A stretch of DNA of 64,000 bases from Phoronis australis (taxonomy: Eukaryota; Animalia; Phoronida). Where the stretch lies: positions 510,102 through 574,101 of the forward strand of contig NMRA01000079.1 in assembly GCA_002633005.1 (NCBI GenBank), given 5' to 3'. Below are positions 37,201 to 47,657 of this stretch, piece after piece (position 1 is the stretch's first letter; each line of letters starts with the position of its first letter). A model generated the notes under the pieces. That model did not search any database, was not told the origin of the DNA, and was given only the letters and a program-made list of their open reading frames with translations. Made by a program: the position numbers and the translations under genes.

Positions 37201-40200
37201 GCATTATGAAACTGATCACATCCAGATATTTTAAATTCATTATTCGTGGGTCAATTTTTGTGATTCAACAGTGAAATTTGAAGGTTTTCCTTTCTTAAGA
37301 TAGAGGTGCACTAATTTTTAAATACCGAAAATCAAAAAACAACTTGAAGCAATATTTCAGTACAGTCAGGCAGCTGTGTGGTTTGTAACCGGAGTCAATA
37401 GACCCAACACACCCAGCATGCTACCCTCTCACTAGCACTGGGGATAACTGAGGAAAGTGTGTGAGCTTAAAGGAAACCCCGCTGCGTTTCCTGTTCCACT
37501 CCTAATATATCTATGAATGTGGCATAAGATAACCACAACTTTCAGGTTCATTTTACTACTGCTGTGCCCCCTAGTGGCAACTCCATTTTTTAATGTTTAC
37601 CTGTGTATCTTCAAAGTTTCTTGGCAGAACTTCATGAAATTTGGCCAGTACGTTTGTATTAAAGAAGACACCACCTTTCTGTTTTGAACATATTAGAAAT
37701 TTATTGTCCTTCCTGGCGGTCATTTCTGTTATTTATAAGTTACTTTCTTTGGCATTAGCCTCTCTGTCCACCAAACAGCTCAAGGGATCGTCAAGACAAT
37801 TGGCAAATGTTTTCCTACTGATAATAGCTCGATTAACAGTGCTTTTTGCACAAGTCCATGTACTTGGGCTCCCCCTACTCGCGTTTTATTGCATTTGCAG
37901 CTGTATCATCTAAAGCCCTTAAAGGATCTTTGTGAAATATTACAAGTTAATTCATTTGGATGTGGCAGCAGATGGCAGTTTGTATTGGACTGATCTGACT
38001 GTCACTGTAGTGGCAACTCCATTTTTTAATGTTTACCTGTGTATCTTCAAAGTTTCTTGGCAGAACTTCATGAAATTTGGCCAGTACGTTTGTATTAAAG
38101 AAGACACCACCTTTCTGTTTCGAACATATTAGAAATTTATTGTCTTTCCTGGTGGCCATTTCTGTTATTTACAAGTTAACTTACTTTCTTTGGCATTAGC
38201 CACCAAACAGCTCGACTACCACTGTAGTGGCAATGTATTCTTTGCTTTTTACATCTGTATCTTAGGAAGCTGCTGGAGGGGTTTTCATGAAATTTGGCAA
38301 ACAGGTTTTTATTAGGGAGACAATCAATGAGATAGTAATAGCTAGAGTTGAAGTCACGTGGTTTTCATTGAGCAGAGTGGTCCGCGATCTTGCTGATAAC
38401 CGTGTTAGTCAAGATGCGTGTGTACTGTGTAGTATCTAGGAACCAATAAAAACTCGTAGCTTTAATGTTAGGATCGTCAAGTGCAATCTACGATTTTTAG
38501 AAAATCATCCAAGAAAATCATTGCATGCTTGAGCACAGAATTAATTAAATGGTCTTAACACTTATCTTTGGTCATAGCAGAAAACATCAAAAATGAAGTT
38601 TGATTTCCAGTATAACATGGAATCAATGATATAATTTTTTGGTCTTCCTAGGTTTAAAAATTGAAACTGAAATAAAATGATTTTGTGGGCGAGAATCTGA
38701 TTGCAGAAACAATATTGTTCAACTTCATTTGTTCCCTAGATAAGTCGATGTTTCATGGTCTTTGGTTGACTTTCCTTCTTAGTCCGATATGTCTTTAAGG
38801 ATTTAGTGACCTTATTCTCTCCAAGATATCTGTTGTTTTCTAGCAATGAAGAAACACAAAAAGTGACTACAAGATTAATAGTTTTACATTTTCACAGAGT
38901 GGACACTAATTCGAAGATTCATTAGTATAGCCAGGTTATTAGGAATAGGGCAGGATTGAAGGACAGGATGCTCCAAGAGTGCTACACCCCACAATGTTAT
39001 ATTGGGACAGTAGATGGGTTGTTTCTGTAGATTTCAAGAGACGAGACATTTGTAATGTAGCCTGGCAAGTTATTAAAATCTGCAACTGTCTTACTTGAGG
39101 AAAACCATCATTTTTATATTCTGTCTTGTTTATGGTCTTCTGATACTTACAGTGTATGCCTGGGTATGTAGGACAGGGCAGTTATAGTTTATGACCATTG
39201 AGTTTTGTCATAATTATTTTGTGGCGGGGTGTTGTCAGTATAAATGTACTAGTAACTGTGCACCAGTAAATGCCAGATACAACTGAATTGAAGGATTAAA
39301 TTAGAGTTGGTTGAAATCTGANTGCAGACTACCATATAGAGTGCTCGAAAGAGAGAGTGGTGTAATAATGTACAGTTAATGCTAAAATTTTATTTAAGAA
39401 ATTTGTTCCGTGGTAGGCGTCACAGCCAAATACTTTTAAGTCTCTTTGAAAATTACTGTCAGACAATTTCTCCAAGTAGGAAAAGTGAATTTTTCACCAT
39501 TTGAACTGAAACGAGCAAAAATGTCCTTAAGAATGCATTTCTATGTAGTTCTGATTGATAAAAGTCTTCATTCATTCATAATTGTGGAGGTAATCTCTTA
39601 GGCTTTGAAAAGAATTATCTCTTGTCTTTGAAACTTGTAAACCAAATAACTTTTGCTGTAAACATTTTTAAATATTATTGTTCTGCATTTTGGAAAACCA
39701 TTAACTATGATAGATAATCTTCCTTCCGTTTTATGGACCCTTATATACATGATAAGCGGGTTCATATTGACGCCATTTATTTCTGGGCGTCCAGTGGCCA
39801 CTGTGGTATCGCCTAGACTATCCTTGAAGGTTCTTGATGCCATTTGGGAGATGCAGTTGTTACGATACTGGTTACAGATGACCAATTGGACTACCATTGT
39901 GCCTCCTAGTGTTATTTTTTGTCTTGGATTTCCATGAGCTTTATCAAATAGGGGTCTGTTAATGAGGTAACATTGCCTGGCAATTTTGTTTTTTTGTATG
40001 CGTAGCCGGAATCTCGTGCAGAATGATTATGAGATTTGGCAAGTGTTTACATTAAACAAAATATTGGAACTCAAAATATACCTGAGACAGCTGTCTCTTC
40101 AGTCTGGTTATGTAAGATTACCCTTTAATGATGTGCTCTGTTACCATGACATGTTGTACAGTTCCACTGATCAGTTGCATACACTGACATGACTTCACAT

Positions 40201-41831
40201 GCACGAATACTGCTGTTTTGTATGCTCATTGATGTCCATGGGTTTCTATTAACTTTTATGCTCCCACATATTTATATGTGGCCGCATTATGCTCTCATCT
40301 CCGTCCGTCCAGCGTCCGTCTGTCCGGCATCCGCTGCTCTATCTCCAAAACCCTTTGACATAGGTTCATGAAATTTGGCACATTTGTTCCTTTCATGGAT
40401 GGGACAGCACGAGCGAACTTTCCGATGGATCCGACTACCAATTTGCCCCCTAGTGGCAATTTTAGTTTTTTACGCTTACCTCTACAACTTTCAAGGTCCT
40501 CAACATATTTTCATAAAACTTGCCGATAGGCATCTATTAGTGAGCTGACACTGTCATCCGGTTTTTGGATGGATTTGATGTAGTTTGCGCCACCTAGTGG
40601 CCATTTTTACTGTTTTTAATCTGTTTTTTGGCGTCCACCCCTCTATCAACCAAACGGCTCTTAGGGTGATTGTGAAAATTGGCCTGTATGTTCTTACTAC
40701 AAAGCTGACGATTTTACGATGACTTCGACTACTGTGGCACCTCCTAGTGGCAGTTTTGTCTTTTTTGTGCCCATGGCTGTATCTCCTAAACCGTTTGCAG
40801 GATCTTTGCTAAATAAAGCAAGTGTATTTACATTTTGTTCACAGCGGATGACAACAACTTTCTGACGGATCTGACCACCAGTGTGCCCCCTAGTGGCAAT
40901 TTCAGTTTTTTATGTTTACCTCTGTAACTTCAAAGGTCCTCAACAGATTTTCAGAAACTTTGGAATATAGGTATCTATTTGTGAGATGATGCTATCCTTG
41001 CATTTTCGGATGGAATTTGGGTACGTTGCACCACTCAGTGGCCATTTTTCCTGTTTTCCTGTTACGTAATCGTATTATTTTTCTTCAGGGATTGAAGATG
41101 TTGCCAAGTCCAAAGAGATGACTGTTACCGATGTGAGTTCGCTTGTGGATAAAGACTGTGAGCCTATGGAAAACAACAAAAAAATGCTGGAATTTCTGAG
41201 TTCATCAATGGCTCCGGTTCACATCGTAAAAGACACTAAGCCTAAAATCAGTCCAAAATATATTATCAAAATGACTCTCGTTGGTCACACCTTTTCTGGG
41301 AAAACGAGTCTCCTTGATTACTGGCAAAACAATCGGTTCAATGCTTCACAGCACGCTACCATTGGAGCCTCTTTTCAGGTTAAGGTTATGTCGACGAACA
41401 TAGGCGGGGCAAAATTGGAGGTGTGGGATACAGCCGGGCATGAAGCGTATATGAAACTTTCCCAACTTTATCTCCGGGGTTCTCGCTGTGTTGTGATTCT
41501 TATCGATGTAACTAATGCAAAGAGTTTGGAGAGTGCTTTACATTGGTACGGTTTATGTAAGGAATTTGGCAGAGACTATTGTGTATTCATGTGTAACAAA
41601 ACTGACTTGAAAGAACGTGTTGAACTCGATAGAGAAACTGTAGAGGAAGCAATTGGTGATAATCCCTGCTTCTGGGTGTCTGCAAAGACTGGTGAGAACG
41701 TGAATAATGCCTTTTCTATGGCTGCCCTGGGAGCAGTTGTCCGTGCTAGTGCCGAGACTGAAGCAGTTCGTCACATTAACATATTGAGGTTACCTGAAGG
41801 AGAACGCAGGTGGCACTGCATACTTTTGTGA
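34061..41831 (+). CDS. CARD-Rab-like small GTPase fusion with CaaX box, paralog 2 (~341 aa)
   Basis: Exons 34061-34267, 35649-35724, 41089-41831, with the same exon 1 and 2 sizes and the same phases as paralog 1. G1 GHTFSGKT, G3 WDTAGHE, G4 NKTD, G5 SAK; C-terminus RRWHCILL. Confidence 0.88.
34779..35278. mobile_element. 500-bp hAT-like MITE with 6-bp TSD ATTAAT
   Basis: Perfect 13-bp TIR cagggcttggaat/attccaagccctg; ATTAAT at 34773-34778 and 35279-35284; repeated ttccgcg motifs; in intron 1 of paralog 2. Confidence 0.8.
35649..35724 (+). CDS. Paralog 2 exon 2, CARD C-terminal helices
   Basis: tcag|GCA TTC ... TCA G|gtgagc; AFYDSLCQDPVYEWIIKKLDETDVS; 76 nt. Confidence 0.85.
36320..40148. 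repeat. ~0.8-kb near-identical duplication (36320-37125 / 39323-40148), second copy starting after a single N; probable haplotype artefact
   Basis: Near-identical sequence (ORFs 36654..36869 and 39598..39897); N at 39322. Confidence 0.75.
37555..38320 (+). repeat. Degenerate internal tandem units of the HINE-like family
   Basis: gtgccccctagtggcaa / catgaaatttggc motifs; 37570-37790 repeats at 38008-38215. Confidence 0.6.
40255..41060 (+). mobile_element. 3'-truncated copy of the HINE-like element abutting the exon 3 acceptor
   Basis: ttatgctcccacatatttatatgtggccgcat, (cgtc)n microsatellite, and the same ~440-bp units as 28442-30111. Confidence 0.65.
41089..41831 (+). CDS. Paralog 2 exon 3, linker + Rab-like GTPase + CaaX
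   Basis: ttcag|GG ATT GAA in frame with ORF 41118..41831; G1-G5 motifs; CILL-stop. Confidence 0.92.
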
Positions 41832-44800
41832 AGTGTGTCGCGTTCTAGACTGTGAGGAATGCATAAATGTCTTGGTGTCTAGTCTGTGAGATCAGTAATG
41901 TTTTCTTCGGGAATGTATTCCTGCCAGCTCTATAATTAGCTGATACATTGCTTTCGAATGTGGTCTGCGTTTTGTAGACCGCAAGCCATTACCTTGCACT
42001 TGTGGTGAAAAAATCATTTATAGAATGGATACAATGAATCAATCCCACAATTCAATGTTTCAACTTCACCGACCAATCACTTCAGTGGCTGCCATTTTGC
42101 TAGGATAAGATAGTAAGCTCCCGAGCATACTCATGAAACACTCGCTTTTCACTCATGTGATTTTGCGAGATGTTACTTTTCTCATAAGAAACTTGGTCTA
42201 CAGTGCTCTCCTGCCCTGTAATTGGCCATCAAGTCTGTATGATAGTATGCAGCAAAATGTGGTTTGTTTCATAGTGAGTGTGCTTTTTATTTCGAAGAAC
42301 TGTTTATCCTATATTGTTATTGTACTGCTGATTTAACTTCTAATCAATGATATTCAGGGACAAACATTACTGAAGCGACAAAACTGATCCCGACATAGTT
42401 AGATAACTACAACAAAGCTGGTCAGAGGACATGGCACTGAGCAATTCAAGCCTTCAACTGGGTGGTGGTATGAGGGGTGAATTGAATGTTAACATAGGGT
42501 GTGGATGTGGTTCTGATCAGGGATGTTGAAGGACGTTTCTGCCCCTCAATATTTTGTATCTTCCTAGGAGCCCATAGTGTCGATTTTGGTAACATTTCCG
42601 TTTTGTGCTGCTTAGTAGATTTGGGTAAAATATTTTTGTAAATTTTAAACGTTAAGGTGTCAAGTTGTGTGTACAGATGTATTGGTGTAGTGTCAGTGTT
42701 CTCCACCATAGAAAATTCATACTTGAAGGAAATTAAAAAGTCATGTCCCTGTTTGAAATCTATGTCTATATTGTTGGGAGTTTGGGTGTTGGAATAGATG
42801 CATTGAGCTGGTACCAAAAGTTTAGAATGTGCTAATTTGCTTATGAATTCACTTAAGGAATATTCAAACACCACTGCACGCAACAGTGCATGTTAAATGA
42901 ATCAAATCTGTCTGTCTTGTTTGTCCGTTGGTATGAGTCAGCAGAGTCACAGTATGTAAAACTAAGCCACTGTAGTTTTTTGATCTCTTTGTATGCTAAC
43001 AACTTTGTATGGTTATCTGACAGGCTAGTCTCTTCAAACAGGACTGGTCCATGCCAAAAGCTACACACAATATCTATAACTAGTTTGAGGTCTTCTCAGT
43101 ATTTACAAATGCTAGGCATGGCCATGTTTTCTCTCTGTGACCCTCTCTCTCTTTGACTGAGGTCTGCTCAGCCCTCTTTTAGTCTAATTCATTCCAAACA
43201 CAATAATGACACGAGACTTGTCTTAATTGTTATTATTCATTAATTATTTTTGTGTTTTTATTTTGTTGGTGGTCTGTTTCTTGCGGCCCATGCCTGTGCT
43301 GTTCACCAGTCGTGTACTTCTACTGTTTTATGTGGTGTAAAAGTGAGTTATGTTTCTCTCTTAGTCAGAAAAATTGTCTTACACTCGGACTCGATCTTGG
43401 TGTATACTGAATAAAGCATTTTTTGATGTAGTTGTTTGCTCATAATTACGAACTGGTATAATTTTAGAGATTTTGCAGAGATATGTTATGTATCAAATGT
43501 TTTGGAGTTTGATTTTGAGTATAAATATTAAACCTGGGGACCTAGGGGTCTCTCGTGAAAAGTGACTCAGGTGTAAGACCGAAATTTAGTCTTACTCTCC
43601 ACATATCTATTTCCGAAAATTAATTTAATTTCACTTGTACAGAAGTTCTAAGTCTCTGGCAATATAAACATGGCTGGAAGTTACTGAAATAATTATGTAC
43701 ATTATTTTTTGCCTGTGACCCAATCAAAATTGCATGGCTGAACCTTTTTAGCAATTGTGAAGTGGGAACCCATGATCAAATTTCTTTCTTTAGTCATTTT
43801 CATGAATCAGACCCCAGTGCCCAGTAGTGTGTGTGTGAGAATGCTGAATATGTTTTGTGAACCATGTATCTAATGTCTTGGTCTTGTGTTATGTAGTAGA
43901 TGAATATGATTGAAATTGTCATTTATATTGTTTTATTTTATCGCCAAATATGTAGGTCTTGTAACATCTTTGAAATATTGCATGCCCTATTCATGCCCTG
44001 CCAAATGGGTTGTGTGCTTTCATTTGTGATTATTTAGCTGATTAACAATCAAATGCTGTTTGGATTCTCAATGAGTACTGAATTGTATAATGATATTTTG
44101 AGTATTATATTTCTTATATACCAGTATGCTTTCTATCACCTTTGATGCTCTTGTCCTGCAAAAATGAAAATATATTATAATTTATATATGCTTAACTCCT
44201 TAAAGGTATATTGAGCTCTGTTGAGGTAAGGTAATATGACAGTGTACTGTTAGTTACAGCAAAAATGATTTAGCTGTCCACCATCCAACTGTTAGATGTT
44301 ATCTGAAGCCGTTAGTTTTAGATGTCGCCACTAGGGGTTTCAAGTTCGATAACTGCTGTGTAAACGTTTATTTCAGTTGCAGAGGATTCAATGCAAGTTG
44401 ACTATAAGAGTTCACACAGTAAAGTATGAAACATCCCCAACACATCCGGTGTATTCATAAACCTAAATAATTTATGGAAAAATGCCTATTGTGAATACCT
44501 ATATGCTTCGTGTGTGAACTTGTCCACAAGTGTGCTTATTTCAACAAATACCTGCAAAACTACAGATTGCAACCCAGTAAAACTATACGGATTTCTGATT
44601 CTAAAAGGCCTGAAGCATTTGCAAAGAATAAATGTATGATAGCAGAACAATGATGTCCATAAAATCATTTTTTTCAATATAATTCTTCAACTAGGACCAA
44701 TATCAAACTCCAGCTGTTCAAGATGTACGTAAAGGACGTTGTTACAGTTTTTCTGAAATAGCATTTGGTTTCGTTTTCATGGAAATTTTGAAAAAAATTT

Positions 44801-44838
44801 TTCGTTAACATTGTGTAAGTTCTGTTTTTAATAGCCCC

Positions 44839-45152
44839 GCATGCAAAATTAGACCTTTTCATAGATAATCTCTGACAGCGTTTTGGAGAAAAATGCATAA
44901 AGCACAGTATCTGAAACTTTCATTTGAATCCAGTATGTCGTATCTGAGATGTGATATTCCGAAGCATGCGCTTACCCGGGGCCCACACGAGCCCCCCATT
45001 TGGCGAAGTGGGCAAAAAGGTTATACCTCCTTAGGGAAACAAAAACTCCGAAAAAAGTAGAACACGAGACATAAGTCCATGATGAAAAGACAGGAGCTAC
45101 CAAAGTTTGGCGAATAACCAATTCATAGCTCAAAACGCACCCCATGAATCTT
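44839..45152 (+). repeat. Dispersed repeat; second copy at ~59657-59968
   Basis: ~310 bp of high identity (catgcaaa.ttagaccttttca...gctcaaaacg.acccc.tgaatctt). Confidence 0.8.
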
Positions 45153-45957
45153 AGTAAATGGTACTCATTCTCAAAAATTTGAGCCCCCCATTCTCTAGGC
45201 TGAGTGCGCGCATGTGAAATCGGCCAAATTTTAAGATTTGTAAGGCCCTACATAATCTTAATCATTCAAAAAAAAAACGAAGTATCGCGTGTCAGTGCTA
45301 TACCTCGGGCTAACTGTGTAGTACACGTGCTTCTTCATTAAAACCAAGTATAACGAGCTGCGTAGCCTAATATTGCGTTTTTTATTTGATTTTCATTTGC
45401 CAAGGGTAATTATAGTTGAAGCTAAGTGTTGAGAATTATCAATTCCGCCGTCTGGTCGAACATCTGGTGAACGCCGTCTACTTAGCATTTCTGTAGCACA
45501 GATATGCAGGTGACGCCGTTACAGGAGCTGGACTAAAATGGAAGAAGTGGTATGTGAGCAAACAGTGGCAACGAGTTAAAGACAATTAGACTGTACTGAA
45601 GCCGTATCTTGTTGCGTGTATAACGTACTAAGTTCTGCCACATGGTGGAATCCTGACAATCGGTCCGGGGACACTCAAAAAAATTCAGTCGTGAGCAGCA
45701 CTTCCGTACTAAGAATGTGTTTCCAAGAACCCTAGTTCGTTAGCTTGTTTCACTGATCTCCCAGTCATGATTGATGTCTAAGTAAATTGTGATGAACAAC
45801 GTAAACAAACAAGCACAATAAAATAAACGAGCAATGCGAAGCGTTACGCGAAGCGTTGAAATGCACCCAGGACTGAACCGCAAACAGTTGCTATGCTTCT
45901 ATTGTTGGCCAAATTCGTGAACATTAGGCACGTAAATTCATTCTTGTTAGTGGCATA

Positions 45958-46115
45958 AATTAACTATTAACGGCGTAAATTAATTATTTGCGACGTAAAT
46001 TAATTTTTAACGAGGTAAGCTATTTTCGGCGTAAATTAACTTTTAACGGCTTAAAGTAATTATTCATTTGCGGCATACAGTAAATTAAAGTTAATATACG
46101 TACGTAATTTACGCA
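45958..46115. repeat. Degenerate ~20-bp AT-rich minisatellite (ggcgtaaattaatttttaac-like)
   Basis: Recurrent cgtaaattaa core. Confidence 0.6.
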
Positions 46116-47657
46116 TTATGTTACCAATTGTATCAATAAAACAGATTACTTAAAGCTGGCTGAGAAAAATGCCTTTAATAACTCGCTAAATCTATAACAA
46201 TCATTTGCGAGATTTTTTATTGCATGTGTCCTGGAACTCTATCAAGTTCTCGTCCTTAGCATACTGTAGCATATTGCTGACGGCAAAATGATTCAAACTC
46301 ACCATGTTCATTGTTGCGCCGTCGATCACTTTGCAAATAGTCAGCACATTTCCGTTTGGCATTTTATGCCTTTCTTCCCACTTGCCGCCATTAAAAGAGT
46401 GAGTCGTCTGTGAAGCAGAACACATATACGTGATTTTTGCATGGAATCGTCAAAACTTGTAGGCCTCGCAGCAGTACACTTGGACTTTTTATTGTTCAGT
46501 CTGTGGGCATCGTCTAAAGCCTTCACAGAGCGAATACTTTTGACATAGTATTATTGCTGTCAAAAACTAAAGTTTGATTTAGACCACTTAGGCTGGCGTT
46601 ATAAAATTGGTTTATACTTGTTGCTTACTAAGACGTGGAGTACTTTTTTGGTCTTGCAAAGAACTGAAAAAATTTATTAGTTGTTTATTATTTGTTCATT
46701 ATTTATACGTCTATTGTTATTCATTATTTATTGACTATATATTGGTTATTTGTTTATTTATTTATTATGTATTCATTGTTTGTTCATGGTTGATTTATAA
46801 TTTACTCATTACTTATTAAAGATGCGATGTCTCATTAATACCGTGAATATTTAAATTTGTAGCAAGCGCCACCAAATCACTTCCTGGAGAACTGCGTGTA
46901 CAATCATTAAAAGAAACAATTTGAAAATAAATTGATGTTTTAAAGAAAACACCACAACTGATACTCAAGGGTGAACCTATGAAAAAATCTTAGTAATTCC
47001 AAAAATTACGCAATCCTTATTTGATTGTGAATTAAACAAATAATAAAAACTGTGCCTTGTCTCAATACATGTAATCTAACGACAATGCTACGGGAGTTTC
47101 CCAGGGATTCCCGTGTCGTCCTAAGAAATGTGGACGAGAAGTGTGTGCAGCTGCTGTCGGATTCTGAGTTGTCGCCATGCACGAAAGACGTGAGGTTCCA
47201 AATACACTAAATTATATGTCTTCTTTGTTCTCTTGGCCGTCATCGGGTCTTCGTCCACCATTATGAAACATTACGATTCTCATTTACATAAAAATAGTCT
47301 CGCAAAACGAGACTTTCGCGAGATTGTAATGGTAACTGGCTCTCTGATGGTTTCCGGCACAATGGAGGACACGGGGTAGTTTGTAAATTAGTATTTCATT
47401 TGTATATTCACAATTTAATGAGACTATCAATCTTTAAGTACTTATTATTTATTGCGTATAAGCGCTCTCAATTAAACTAGATTTCCCAAGAGCCCGCGCG
47501 CGTTAATTAGCCGCGGCAGATTTAAGGGTGCAGGGACGCACCGCTCGAGCCGACCGATCCGACCAAAGAAAAACCAAAAGTGCCATCGTCATGCTGTACG
47601 TGGTCATTTTCTCTTCTAAAATTGTGATTTCCTAGATCCACCGATCTGCATTCGAAC

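Noticed and set aside
23384-41831. Idea that the two CARD-GTPase genes are alleles from an assembly artefact
   Set aside because: Exons 2 and 3 are 20-30% divergent and the introns do not align, far beyond the allelic divergence seen in the N-joined duplications.
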